Shown: positions 18,133 to 27,838 of the stretch, one piece after another | Numbering within the stretch: the stretch's first letter is position 1 | Layout of the letters: every line of letters begins with the position of its first letter | Assembly: GCA_965649295.1 (NCBI GenBank) | Contig: CBFGKH010000005.1 | Span: 32,001-96,000 of the forward strand | DNA: 64,000 bases | Origin: a candidate division WOR-3 bacterium | Lineage (GTDB): Bacteria; Hydrothermota; Tepidihabitantia; Tepidihabitantales; Tepidihabitantaceae | Direction of reading: 5' to 3' | The notes under the pieces: generated by a model | Databases searched by the model: none | What the model was told of the DNA's origin: nothing | What the model saw: the letters and a program-made list of their open reading frames with translations, nothing else | Program-made: the position numbers and the translations under genes

Positions 18133-18758
18133 GACTTACCTCCGCCCAGCCAGCCGCGCTCAATTCCGAGAATGACTTTGAGCGAAGTCGCGATGCTCCC
18201 GAGGGCCACGCCGAAGAGAATCGCCCGCTTGGCGGCCATGTTGGGCACGGAGAGGATCCATTCGGCTAGGTCAGGTAGCCGACCCCAGATGGCAGCGCCG
18301 ACCGGCACCATGCCCAACATTACGATAAAGGCAGCAATGAGCAGAAGTGCTGCTTCTTTGGTGCGGGCACGGAAAGCGCGATAGGCAGCAGAGGCCATGT
18401 AGAAGGCGAGGATAGCAAACATCGAGGCGTTGAGCGGAACCAGTAGATTAGTGAAGATGATGTCCTGCAAGATTGATCCCGGTTTGACACCCCAGCCGAG
18501 ACCAATGACTGCTGTCGCGATCATTGCTAGCAGCGTGACAATCGAGTATATCCAGCCTGGACGCCGTCGTTGCATCCGGTCGAGGTGGTACATAATCAGG
18601 CTACCGGCGCCGAGCACTAGGGCGAATGCCGATACGATACGCACCCATTTGGTGGTTAGATCGTAGAAGCCGACCGAGACCGGATGAGGAACAAAGAACT
18701 GTACCATCATCGCAATACCCATGAAGAGGCAGACAGCAAGCGGTATCGTCCGTTTCAT
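18129..18758 (-). CDS. Conserved hypothetical polytopic membrane protein
   Basis: About 6 [50 protein letters not shown] overlap with next gene. Confidence 0.8.
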   Translation of the reverse strand: MKRTIPLAVCLFMGIAMMVQFFVPHPVSVGFYDLTTKWVRIVSAFALVLGAGSLIMYHLDRMQRRRPGWIYSIVTLLAMIATAVIGLGWGVKPGSILQDIIFTNLLVPLNASMFAILAFYMASAAYRAFRARTKEAALLLIAAFIVMLGMVPVGAAIWGRLPDLAEWILSVPNMAAKRAILFGVALGSIATSLKVILGIERGWLGGGKS

Positions 18759-18768
18759 CAGTGCCTCC

Positions 18769-19914
18769 TTAGATTACGTTGAAGAGTTTGACGATGTCGC
18801 CGAGCCGGGTCAGTCCGGGTAGCTTGCTCAGTAGTAACAGCGCTGAGCCGAGTGTGATGACAGTAAGAATGAGTACCTTACCATAATCTTGGCCTTTGAG
18901 CGAGCCCAAGAGCAGTGGTTCTCGGGAGAGGTAGGCCGACGCGGCGTATAGTTCCTCACCAATGAGAGTGTAGTCGCAGGCAGTAATAAAAAATGGCAGC
19001 TGGAACACTGAGTCGGTGCCCGCGATCTGAATTGCACCGGTCGTGGCACCGGTTTCAGCGAGAATCAACGATTCAGCCCAGAAGGTACCGAGGAAGAAGT
19101 TCGTCGCCGGTTTTTCGCGCACCATCAGACCGTCTACCGCGGCTGCGTAGGCGAACTGCTCGGATGTCAGGAAGAAGATGTTGTCGGATCGAAAGGCGTC
19201 TGGTCGGCCGGCCTTGGTGTAGGCTTCCTTAACAACCTCGCGGACGACAGTATAGACAATCGGGTCGCGGTTAGGCACGAGTAGCGCCGAGTCATATTGG
19301 GCCGTCTTCTTTGCAACTTCGCCAAGGATGTTGATCGAAGCGATCGTTGCAATGTCGGAGACACCACCCAAGCCTGGGACATAGACGATCGGTTTACCCA
19401 TTTCCGTCGCTCTGCCCACAGCCTCCTCAACAGCGTCGAGGCCAGCAATCCGGCGAACGAACAGACTCCGGCCGGATCGGGCGGTCTCAATGAAGTAGAT
19501 GACTAGTGCGAAGAAGACGAGCATTGCGACGAGCACATTTATGCGGGCAGTATTAAAGAGCTGGGCCACGGCGATGACCGGCCGTGTCTGTTCACTCCAG
19601 GCGGTGTCGGAGCCAGCAACTGCCGCAATGCGATAGGTGTAAGGGCGGCGGTTCTTGACTTGTTCGTCGAGATAGCCGTTTTCGGTTGGCGGCAGTTCGG
19701 CAATCACCAGGGGAGAAGAATCGCTCTCGGCGCGTTCGACGAGGTACCGCTCGGCCCCACTGACCGGGTTCCAGCTCAGAGTGATGCTACTGCCTCGGTC
19801 ATTTGGTGTATCCTGAACGTTAACTTCGGTCGGAGCCGCTAGCTGGGTTTCCGGCAACACTTGGTCACTAGTTACTGTTGGTCCGATGAGTAGCAAGACG
19901 GTTGCCAATATCAT
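18769..19914 (-). CDS. Fibronectin type III domain + DUF6754-like domain membrane protein
   Basis: Signal peptide; FN3 ([14 protein letters not shown]...YTYRIAA); [24 protein letters not shown]...[10 protein letters not shown]...[17 protein letters not shown]. Confidence 0.78.
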   Translation of the reverse strand: MILATVLLLIGPTVTSDQVLPETQLAAPTEVNVQDTPNDRGSSITLSWNPVSGAERYLVERAESDSSPLVIAELPPTENGYLDEQVKNRRPYTYRIAAVAGSDTAWSEQTRPVIAVAQLFNTARINVLVAMLVFFALVIYFIETARSGRSLFVRRIAGLDAVEEAVGRATEMGKPIVYVPGLGGVSDIATIASINILGEVAKKTAQYDSALLVPNRDPIVYTVVREVVKEAYTKAGRPDAFRSDNIFFLTSEQFAYAAAVDGLMVREKPATNFFLGTFWAESLILAETGATTGAIQIAGTDSVFQLPFFITACDYTLIGEELYAASAYLSREPLLLGSLKGQDYGKVLILTVITLGSALLLLSKLPGLTRLGDIVKLFNVI

Positions 19915-20240
19915 TCGTCCACGACTCCTTTCTTACTCTGCTCTTTGGCGACTGATGATTCCTGGCACTGGCATGGTGTCGAGTGGCACTTCGGGCAGCC
20001 GCGAGCGTATTTGGCGATCGCGGCGTCAAGTTCGACGTTCTGCAGTGATGCAAGACTAACCAGCCAGGCAAATACGTCGGCGAACTCTTCTTCGAGGTTT
20101 GCCCGGTCCTGTTGGCGTATCGCTCGAGCCAGTTCACCAGTCTCTTCTACAAGCCAGCGGAACGTGCCGTCAACGCCGCGGCGACTGTCCTTCGCATAGT
20201 AGATGTCACGGATTAGGCGCTGAAACTCAGCTACGGTCAC
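19911..20240 (-). CDS. MazG-like nucleotide pyrophosphohydrolase with C-terminal Cys cluster
   Basis: WLVEETGELA, LEEEFADVFAWL, KYARGCPKCHSTPCQC. Confidence 0.88.
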   Translation of the reverse strand: MTVAEFQRLIRDIYYAKDSRRGVDGTFRWLVEETGELARAIRQQDRANLEEEFADVFAWLVSLASLQNVELDAAIAKYARGCPKCHSTPCQCQESSVAKEQSKKGVVDE

Positions 20241-20246
20241 GCTGCC

Positions 20247-20274
20247 AGTATGGACAAAACCTGGTCTGTGTCAA
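20247..20274 (-). promoter_or_regulatory. Promoter, probably leaderless, for the mazG-DUF6754 operon
   Basis: TTGACA-N16-CATACT-N6-GTG. Confidence 0.6.
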
Positions 20275-21386
20275 GGTAGCTGGCGGCGTCGGTCAATTAG
20301 TTGCTGGTAAACAGCAAGATGCCGATCGGCCAGCACTCGAACGTCCCAACGCTCTTGGACGCATTGTCGAGCACGTCGGCCCATCTCTCGAATGTCTTGG
20401 CTCAACAACCAGAGTACCTTTTCAGCAATGTCACGGGAGTTGCCGGCCTCGAATAGTACGCCTGTCACTCGGTCTTCGATGATTTGGGGAAGACCGCCGA
20501 CTCGTGAGGCCGCAACCGGTGTCTCACAGGCGAGGGCTTCAAGGGCAGCAATTGAAGTTTCCTCGAAGAATGACGGAACCAGCGCAATTTCGGCTGAACT
20601 AAGCAGGGCCGGCATTGCGGTGTTGGGAAACTTGCCCAAGAAGCTGATGTCGTTTGAGAGCCCAAGGTCTCGGACAAGTTGTTCTAGCTCAGGGCGCAAC
20701 TTGCCTTCGCCGACGATGTAGAGATGGACAGGATAATGCTTGCGTATCTCAAGCATTGCTTCGATGGCGTAGCGGACACCCTTCTTGGGGATGAGTCGGG
20801 CAGAGCAGAGTATTATGCGCTTGCCAGGGTTCCTAATAGTTGGGGCAACACGGCGGAAGATTCGTGTGTCACAGGCATTGACGTAGGGTTCGACTTTGGC
20901 GGGGTCGGCCACGCGTGCTGCTGCAGCGGCCTGCGGCAGGCTGTTGGCGAAGATGTGATCAACGTCTCTGTACAGCCAACGTAACCCAGGCCTTAACAGC
21001 GGATTTCTTACATACTTCTGAAAACGAGTCTCATGAAGTGTTACTAGAGCGGGGATACCGTAACGTCGTTTGACGACCGAGACTGGCCAACCTGACGGAA
21101 AGCTCTCGCCGTGGACGATATCGGCACCTTCTGCCACTTGCAAGAGTTTGGCGATTGATGTCCAGGTATATAGAAACCAGCCGATTGGGTTACGGCCAAA
21201 CCAGGTAGTTCGGTGCACATGGATGCCATCGAGGAGTTCGTAGGTTGCTAACCCTGGTAATGAACGACCGCAGACAACGTGAACCTCGTGCCCGCGGTCA
21301 CGCAGCTCCCAGGCGAGACTCTGGATGTGGCTCTCCATTCCGCCGTATTCAGGTAAGTAATAAACCGCGTGGAAGACGATTTTCAT
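20271..21386 (-). CDS. Glycosyltransferase family 4
   Basis: YLPEYGGME, GHEVHV, RLIPKKG, PSFFEETSIAALEALACETPVAASRVGG. Confidence 0.92.
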   Translation of the reverse strand: MKIVFHAVYYLPEYGGMESHIQSLAWELRDRGHEVHVVCGRSLPGLATYELLDGIHVHRTTWFGRNPIGWFLYTWTSIAKLLQVAEGADIVHGESFPSGWPVSVVKRRYGIPALVTLHETRFQKYVRNPLLRPGLRWLYRDVDHIFANSLPQAAAAARVADPAKVEPYVNACDTRIFRRVAPTIRNPGKRIILCSARLIPKKGVRYAIEAMLEIRKHYPVHLYIVGEGKLRPELEQLVRDLGLSNDISFLGKFPNTAMPALLSSAEIALVPSFFEETSIAALEALACETPVAASRVGGLPQIIEDRVTGVLFEAGNSRDIAEKVLWLLSQDIREMGRRARQCVQERWDVRVLADRHLAVYQQLIDRRRQLP

Positions 21387-21413
21387 GACGGTAGTTCAGT
21401 GGCCACGATGGTC

Positions 21414-23882
21414 TTACTGATGCTTGTGTTCTCTTGTTATGGAGACTATTACTGTGCTAAAGAGAAAGACCAGTGAAGCTAATGTCAGCAGTATTCCAAT
21501 ACGGTCGTAGTTCGAGGAGTAGGCGAAAACAACCTTGTGTTTTCCCGGCGGAACCTTCACGGCACGGAATGTATGATATGCCCTAAGCACTTTTCTCGGT
21601 TTACCATCGACCGTCGCTCGATAGTCGGGTTGAAAGTTGTCGCTCAATACTAAGAGGCAGGGCTTAGAGGCGCTGACGTCAAGCACGACGCGATTCGCAT
21701 CATACGATGCGACCGTCACGCTGCCCGGGGGTGAACTGTCGGTTGAACGCGGTAAATCGGGATCGCTGTAGAGCAACGCAGTGCGTCCGGGATTGAAGCC
21801 AGGCGACAGCAATCGGTTGAGCGTTTCATCTTTGTCCTTCGTCACTTCAAAATCGGTGACAAGGAAAGCACGAGGAAGGACATTGCGGTTGCGGTAGATA
21901 CTATAGCGTTGGCCGCGCATTGCCAATTCGAACTGCGGTTGATCGAAATAGGAACGGAGCTGTGCAATTGTCTGCCGACTACGTTCATCGTAGCGGGACA
22001 CGTCATCGGGCAAGGCGTAGCTGATTACGTACTTGACGTTAGCAAGGTTCATAGCCGACGCGTTCAGTAGATTACCGGCTGCAAACATCACACTCTGCCC
22101 GGCACCGATGAAGTCCTGGTAGCTTTGTAAAGGATTAGGAATCTGACCACCGGTTGACTGAATGCCGTGGATTAGTAGGATACCATCATCGGAACGTTCA
22201 TAATGTAGCGGTAGTACCCGATATAGACTTGTGTCTTTCTTTAGGAATGCCGTGACTTCGTCTGGTTCGTAATACTCCGCTGGCCTTGGCGCGCCACGAA
22301 TGTATCCTTTGGTTTCATCCCAGAGATTAAGTGAAATGCCGATATCGACTATCATCACTGCAGCGAGGCAAGCCGCGACTACGTTTGGTCGGAGCTTACC
22401 AACCAACAGTAGCCAGACCAGAATTGCACCACCCACGGCAATAGCCGCAGCAAAGAACATACCGCTTAGCAGATTCGAGTAATTGCTGAGGAACGTCTCG
22501 TATCTGTTGACAGGAACCATTGACTTGAGAATCTGAACCGTCGGTCCCTTGAACATTGCGAACCAGATAGCTAGCAGGACGAACGCTCCAGCAACAGCGA
22601 ACATGGTATTCCTGATCCGCTTGGGCTCGGCAGACTTTGAGTGCTCAAGCAGATAATCAATGCCTAGACCAGCAAGGACGATAAGTGAGAAGGCAGCGAT
22701 AAAGAAGATCATCGCCGGGCCACGGAACTTGCTAATCCCTGGCAAGAGGTGATAAGGTATGCGGTAGAACGGTGTGTTGCCTCCCCAGGCCATTAGCAGT
22801 GTAGCAGCAAATGAGCATGCGAAGAACCGAACCCGTTGGTCATGCCACCGGCGGACTATTGCCAACGCAGCGAATAGGAGTGGTATGATGCCCAGATATT
22901 CGCTGTGAAGCTTGAACGGGTTTTGGCCCCAGTAGTTGTTCAACCCTCCGGAGAATCTAGGTGTAAGTAGGTCGAACGTTTCGATTATTGGCATAGACCA
23001 TGAGGTTGCATACTGATAACCACGTTCCGCACCGCGTGAAGCGTAGGGCATGTTGCCGTAAATCGGCAGGTACTGTATAGCGGAGAGGCCAAGAGAGAAA
23101 CAGGTGCCGAGGAGAAAGTAGAGACAGAGACGAACGGCGAAACGTAATCGGCCAGTCCGTTCTGGTAGGTTGCGAATCGTCGGCACCAACTTGAAGATGA
23201 AATACGCTGTTAAGATTAAACCCGTGTAGTATACCTTCTGGACATGGCCAGAAAGGAGTTGGAGGGCGAGCACGACTCCCATGAGTACGAACCAGATGAA
23301 CCGCTGGAGAGTGAGTCCGCGGTGCAAAAAGAGTAGCGCAAAGGGCAGCAGTGCTGAGCCGATCAGCCGTCCATCGTGGCCGGCGTAGGTGAGTGTCAGA
23401 AGGCTGCCAGCTAGCGAGTAGCCAAGTCCACCTAAGGCAGCGGCAATCTCCGCAAGCTTGAGTTCGCGTAGAAACAAGTAGGTGCCTAAACCGGCGGCAA
23501 AAATGTGCAGAATGAATGTCCACGTCCAGACGACATCCACTGGCAACAGCATCCGAGCAAATAGGGTTGGATAGTAAAGGTCAGCGTAGAAAGCGGCTCC
23601 AGTCGGTTGGCCGCAGAGCAGTCCTGGCAACCAGTACGCAATCCAGCCGTGATTTGCTATGTACTCTTTCATGTAATAGCGCAGAGCGAAACTGCCAGCG
23701 CCCAGGAGGTCGGTTCCGAAGAGCATTCGATTGTTCACTAGGTACTTGCCGTAGAACAGCAGTGGGACGATAAGAAAACCTGAAGCAAAGATCCACTTCT
23801 GGTATTTGCTGGTGCCGTTTGGGGGTGGTTCGGTTGTAGTGGAGGGGCGTCGTGTTGTCAACTTTCTAGTTTTGGGTGCCAC
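21414..23882 (-). CDS. YfhO-family GT-C-like polytopic membrane protein
   Basis: Many TM helices; WLPGLLCGQP, YLGIIPL, PGISKFRGP; C-terminal LPRAF...LLVLSDNFQPDYRATVDGK...FRAVKVPPGKHKVVF. Confidence 0.85.
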   Translation of the reverse strand: MAPKTRKLTTRRPSTTTEPPPNGTSKYQKWIFASGFLIVPLLFYGKYLVNNRMLFGTDLLGAGSFALRYYMKEYIANHGWIAYWLPGLLCGQPTGAAFYADLYYPTLFARMLLPVDVVWTWTFILHIFAAGLGTYLFLRELKLAEIAAALGGLGYSLAGSLLTLTYAGHDGRLIGSALLPFALLFLHRGLTLQRFIWFVLMGVVLALQLLSGHVQKVYYTGLILTAYFIFKLVPTIRNLPERTGRLRFAVRLCLYFLLGTCFSLGLSAIQYLPIYGNMPYASRGAERGYQYATSWSMPIIETFDLLTPRFSGGLNNYWGQNPFKLHSEYLGIIPLLFAALAIVRRWHDQRVRFFACSFAATLLMAWGGNTPFYRIPYHLLPGISKFRGPAMIFFIAAFSLIVLAGLGIDYLLEHSKSAEPKRIRNTMFAVAGAFVLLAIWFAMFKGPTVQILKSMVPVNRYETFLSNYSNLLSGMFFAAAIAVGGAILVWLLLVGKLRPNVVAACLAAVMIVDIGISLNLWDETKGYIRGAPRPAEYYEPDEVTAFLKKDTSLYRVLPLHYERSDDGILLIHGIQSTGGQIPNPLQSYQDFIGAGQSVMFAAGNLLNASAMNLANVKYVISYALPDDVSRYDERSRQTIAQLRSYFDQPQFELAMRGQRYSIYRNRNVLPRAFLVTDFEVTKDKDETLNRLLSPGFNPGRTALLYSDPDLPRSTDSSPPGSVTVASYDANRVVLDVSASKPCLLVLSDNFQPDYRATVDGKPRKVLRAYHTFRAVKVPPGKHKVVFAYSSNYDRIGILLTLASLVFLFSTVIVSITREHKHQ

Positions 23883-24837
23883 GTTTCCTCCGGCGAATCA
23901 CGGTGGGTAGCATTACGGCTGCCATAAAGCTCTCACTGAGGGTCATCCATATTCTGGTTATTAGCGCTGACATGATTGCAACCGGTAATGGCATTACGGT
24001 ACTAAGAATGACTGTATATACCCCTTCGCGTACTCCAAGTCCAGCCGGAGCAACAAGCACGATGAAACCTAGTATCCACGAAGAGGCGTAGCCGCCGAGC
24101 AGGATGGGCAGAGTGTTGAGAGGCAGAGCATAGAACGACCGGATCAACAGAAAACAGCCGATGCCCTGCAAAATCCAATCCAGAATGTATAGAGCAACGA
24201 TTTCGAGCAGAAGGCGGTAGGGTAGACTGATTGTGAAGCTTGGACGTCCAAGCCACCGTAGGACGATTCTCAGCGTAAGATTTAGCAGCGGCGGATAGAG
24301 CAGAATGAGACTGAGCGGCCCCGCTAGTAGCAGCCAATATACAGAGCTCGGCAGCGTGCCGCGTGGTACGAACGGAATTGACACGGCCAACAGTAGAACA
24401 GCCGCAAAGAAGGAAAGGATGACCTCGATACCAACGCTGACTAGGGTTCTGTCCTCTGAGATTCCTTCCGAACGAGCCATCCCAGCGCGTCCGAGTGTGA
24501 ACCAAAGCTTGCCGGGCGCATACTTGCCGAGTTGAGTGACCGCCATGATCGCCAGCGCCCGGGTTGGCGCCATGTGAGCACCAAGCGCGGCCAAAATTCG
24601 TCGCCAGGCCAGTGCTTCCAAAGGGAAACGCGTCACGAGTAAAATGATGAAAGAGCCGATGAGCAGGGGGAAGGCGAAATGGAGAGTATCGAATGGAACA
24701 CTCCGCCAGTCGCGGACTAGCCGTGATATGAGAAAATAAAGCGCAGCCGCGGCGATCAGTATGCCGAGTAACGTCCGAACGAGCGTTCCGGCCGCGAACC
24801 GAGTCCTGCCGTCGGCCAGTGGCGGCAATTCTCTCAT
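23866..24837 (-). CDS. Lysylphosphatidylglycerol-synthase-TM / flippase-like membrane protein
   Basis: QLGKYAPGKLW and PAGLGVREG motifs; about 8 TM. Confidence 0.85.
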   Translation of the reverse strand: MRELPPLADGRTRFAAGTLVRTLLGILIAAAALYFLISRLVRDWRSVPFDTLHFAFPLLIGSFIILLVTRFPLEALAWRRILAALGAHMAPTRALAIMAVTQLGKYAPGKLWFTLGRAGMARSEGISEDRTLVSVGIEVILSFFAAVLLLAVSIPFVPRGTLPSSVYWLLLAGPLSLILLYPPLLNLTLRIVLRWLGRPSFTISLPYRLLLEIVALYILDWILQGIGCFLLIRSFYALPLNTLPILLGGYASSWILGFIVLVAPAGLGVREGVYTVILSTVMPLPVAIMSALITRIWMTLSESFMAAVMLPTVIRRRKRGTQN

Positions 24838-24952
24838 CAGCCACTAGTCGCGGGCTCAAGTGATAGCTTCAGGATTAGTTCTTGCGGTAGGTTCTCGCGC
24901 ATGGCTGAATGCGAAGAAAAACATCGTCGCAAGGCACAGGCAGCCAAATCAG

Positions 24953-25207
24953 CTAGGCGCGTGCTACAAGTTCGCGGGCGAGTCGCGATTTGAGCCGGTT
25001 GGCGGCCTTGCGATGGATGATTCTTCTGCGAGCAGACTTGTCAATGACCGATTGGACCTCGGGCAGGAACTTGGCGGCCTCGTCCTTACTGGCCGTGTTC
25101 AGTCTCTTGATCGCTGCCTTCAATACCTGCTTGCTCTGGCGATTGCGGATGCGGCGCTTCTCGCTTTTGCGAGCATGTTTCTGGCCTGATGCTGTTCTCT
25201 TGGCCAA
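24953..25207 (-). CDS. rpsT: 30S ribosomal protein S20
   Basis: KHARKSEKRRIRN...IDKSARRRIIHRKAANRLKSRL; GGAGG before TTG. Confidence 0.95.
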   Translation of the reverse strand: MAKRTASGQKHARKSEKRRIRNRQSKQVLKAAIKRLNTASKDEAAKFLPEVQSVIDKSARRRIIHRKAANRLKSRLARELVARA

Positions 25208-25235
25208 GATTCCTCCGTGTTCGGGGTTTTAAATA

Positions 25236-25308
25236 TGCCGGGACACAGAATCGAACTGTGGACACCGTGATTTTCAGTCACGTGCTCTACCAACTGAGCT
25301 ATCCCGGC
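25236..25308 (-). tRNA. tRNA-Phe(GAA)
   Basis: GCCGGGATAGCTCAGTTGGTAGAGCACGTGACTGAAAATCACGGTGTCCACAGTTCGATTCTGTGTCCCGGCA. Confidence 0.97.
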
Positions 25309-25318
25309 AACTCGGCTC

Positions 25319-25346
25319 ATTGTAGAACAAAAGTCGCGCGTGTCAA
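25319..25346 (-). promoter_or_regulatory. Promoter for tRNA-Phe/rpsT
   Basis: TTGACA-N16-TACAAT. Confidence 0.75.
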
Positions 25347-25387
25347 TCTGTCTTCAGAGTGTCGGCTTCTAGCGAATGTCGATTGCC

Positions 25388-25416
25388 TTGACATTCACCG
25401 TCGCATCACCTAGAAT
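25388..25416 (+). promoter_or_regulatory. Promoter for pdxJ-secDF
   Basis: TTGACA-N17-TAGAAT, 10 nt before GTG 25427. Confidence 0.75.
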
Positions 25417-25426
25417 GCCCCGCGCT

Positions 25427-26143
25427 GTGTATTCTCTGTCCGTCAACATCGACCATGTAGCAACGCTGCGGCAGGCTCGACGGGAGTCGTTTCCGGACCC
25501 GATACACGCCGCAGCCGCAGTCGAGGCAGGCGGGGCTGACGGAATCACGGTGCATTTGCGTCAGGACCGGCGCCACATTAGCGACCGTGACGTCATGTTG
25601 CTACGACAGACGGTCAAGACGGCTTTGACTGTTGAGATGGCAGTTAGCGCCGACCTTGTGCGGTTCATCAGACGAGTCAGGCCCGACCAGGTCACTTTTG
25701 TGCCTGAGGTAAGGTCCGAGGTGACAACAACCAAGGGCTTGGATTTGTTGAAAGGGACTTCGGGGACACGTACGGCGGTTAGATACCTGCAGCGGGCAGG
25801 AATTCGAGTCAGTCTATTTGTGGAACCTGATCCTGTCCAGGTGTGCGCTGCCGCTGAGCTTGGTGCGGATATTGTTGAGCTGTGTACTGACCGCTACAGC
25901 CGGTACTGGTCACGGAAGCCGGAGCTGTTAGACGAGCTCGTTGCCGCTGCTGAAGCCGCAAGAGCAGCACGGCTTCAAGTGCATGTTGGTCACGGATTGG
26001 ATTACCGCAATGTTGTGCCAGTCCTTGAGAACAAGCTGGCAGTTGGCTACAGTATCGGATTCGCGATTGTCGCCCGAGCCATTTTCGTGGGCCTCGAGCG
26101 AGCAGTGGCAGAAATGAAGCGAATAATGGAGGTCTATTCTTGA
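25427..26143 (+). CDS. pdxJ: Pyridoxine 5'-phosphate synthase
   Basis: LSVNIDHVATLRQAR, GADGITVHLRQDRRHI, VGHGLDY. Start placed after the promoter. Confidence 0.95.
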   Translation: MYSLSVNIDHVATLRQARRESFPDPIHAAAAVEAGGADGITVHLRQDRRHISDRDVMLLRQTVKTALTVEMAVSADLVRFIRRVRPDQVTFVPEVRSEVTTTKGLDLLKGTSGTRTAVRYLQRAGIRVSLFVEPDPVQVCAAAELGADIVELCTDRYSRYWSRKPELLDELVAAAEAARAARLQVHVGHGLDYRNVVPVLENKLAVGYSIGFAIVARAIFVGLERAVAEMKRIMEVYS

Positions 26144-27837
26144 AAGGCGCGAGAATTAAGTTTGCTGGCTTACTTGTGGCCGTTGGGCTATCGATTTGGG
26201 CTTTGTACCCGACTTATCGTCTTTACGCGGTCATGCCTGGACAGGAGAAGGCGCTTGCCCAGAGGCTTGCCATGGCGACGACCAGTGCGGAGAGTCTGCG
26301 AGTACAGAAGGAGATGGTCGAATTCCAGGCACAGAAGACCGCGCTTCACAAGCGTGCCCTACACTTGGGGTTAGACCTTGTCGGAGGGATGCATCTTACC
26401 CTTGAGGTGGACAAGTCGGGCCTCTCGGCTGACGATGCTCGTGATGCCGGTGACCGTGCACTTGAGGTAATCCGCAATCGAATCGACCAGTTCGGTGTAT
26501 TCGAACCCATCATCCAGAAAGTTGGGAAAGACCGTATACTGGTGCAGTTGCCCGGAGTTGATCGTGACCGGGCCAAGGCGTTGATCGGTCAAACCGCGCA
26601 GCTCAAGTTCCAGCTCGTTCAAGACGAGCGCAGCTCCTATGACGCTTTCAAGGCAATCGACGACAGGCTCAAGGCTGGAGCAACGTCCTCGACTGGCATT
26701 GGTGGTGATACGTTGCGTAGGGTCTCCACTGATGACAACAGTACTTTTCTTGGCGGGGAGACTACTGCCACGCCATCGACCACAACAGAAGGTAGTTTCC
26801 TAAGCTATCTGCAAACCGTTGGGGGCGATTTTGCTGTCGAGGAACGTGATTATCCTGAGTTTCGGTCACTGCTCGAACGTTCTCGTCCTTTCTGGCCGGC
26901 TGGTTACGAGATTCTGCTAGGTGCGCCGGAGAGGCATGAGGACCGGACAATACGGCGCGTGTATGTGCTTAAAGCGGAACCGGAGATGCTTGGCTCAGCA
27001 ATCAAGGATGCGCGGCCGGCTCCTTATCAGGGTTCGGAACCGGGTTTGGCGAACACTTGGATTGTCAGCTTGAAGCTCGAACGCAAGGATGCCGCGACGT
27101 TTGCTCAAGTGACTGGCCGCAACATTGGTCGTCGGCTGGCGATTGTTCTTGACAACGTGGTTAAGTCAGCACCAGTGATTCAGTCGCGGATACCAGACGG
27201 TAACGCGATGATCACCACTAATGATGTTAATCCTGACGATGCCCGTGATCTAGCAATCGTGCTGCGTTCCGGGGCACTGCCGGCACCCGTCAATGTTATC
27301 GAAGAGCGTTCAGTCGGAGCATCACTTGGCAACGATTCGATCCGTAAGGGCATCTTAGCAAGTGTTATCGGTGCGCTGGTTGTTTTAGGGTTCATGGTGA
27401 TCTACTATTCATTCGCTGGCTTCTTGGCTGATTTGGCACTTCTCTTCAATCTGTTGTTCTTGCTTGCTGTGCTTGCTGGTTTGCGGGCTACTATGACGTT
27501 ACCCGGATTGGCAGCCATCGCTTTGACAGTTGGAATGGCGGTTGATGCGAACGTGCTTGTTTTTGAGCGGATTCGGGAGGAGCTTAAGTGGGGCAAAACG
27601 GTGATGGCGGCGGTTGATTCAGGCTATGACCGAGCTTTCATAACGATTGTCGATGCCAATGTTACGACCATCATTACGGCGATAGCTCTCTACTTCATCG
27701 GTAGTGGTCCGATTCGTGGCTTTGCCATCAACCTGGCGGTTGGCCTGGTGATCAACGTTCTGACAGCGGTCTTCATGACGCGGTGGGTGTTTGATTGGTG
27801 GCTGGCACGATTTGAAGTCAAGAAGTTGAGGATATAG
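26140..27837 (+). CDS. secD: Protein translocase subunit SecD
   Basis: LGLDLVGG, IRNRIDQFGV, LAIVLRSGALPAP, GMAVDANVLVFERIREE. Confidence 0.97.
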   Translation: MKGARIKFAGLLVAVGLSIWALYPTYRLYAVMPGQEKALAQRLAMATTSAESLRVQKEMVEFQAQKTALHKRALHLGLDLVGGMHLTLEVDKSGLSADDARDAGDRALEVIRNRIDQFGVFEPIIQKVGKDRILVQLPGVDRDRAKALIGQTAQLKFQLVQDERSSYDAFKAIDDRLKAGATSSTGIGGDTLRRVSTDDNSTFLGGETTATPSTTTEGSFLSYLQTVGGDFAVEERDYPEFRSLLERSRPFWPAGYEILLGAPERHEDRTIRRVYVLKAEPEMLGSAIKDARPAPYQGSEPGLANTWIVSLKLERKDAATFAQVTGRNIGRRLAIVLDNVVKSAPVIQSRIPDGNAMITTNDVNPDDARDLAIVLRSGALPAPVNVIEERSVGASLGNDSIRKGILASVIGALVVLGFMVIYYSFAGFLADLALLFNLLFLLAVLAGLRATMTLPGLAAIALTVGMAVDANVLVFERIREELKWGKTVMAAVDSGYDRAFITIVDANVTTIITAIALYFIGSGPIRGFAINLAVGLVINVLTAVFMTRWVFDWWLARFEVKKLRI

Positions 27838-27838
27838 T

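Noticed and set aside
24002..24859. 285-aa alternative-frame ORF
   Set aside because: Same-strand shadow of the flippase-like gene with Arg/Ser-rich, non-protein-like composition.
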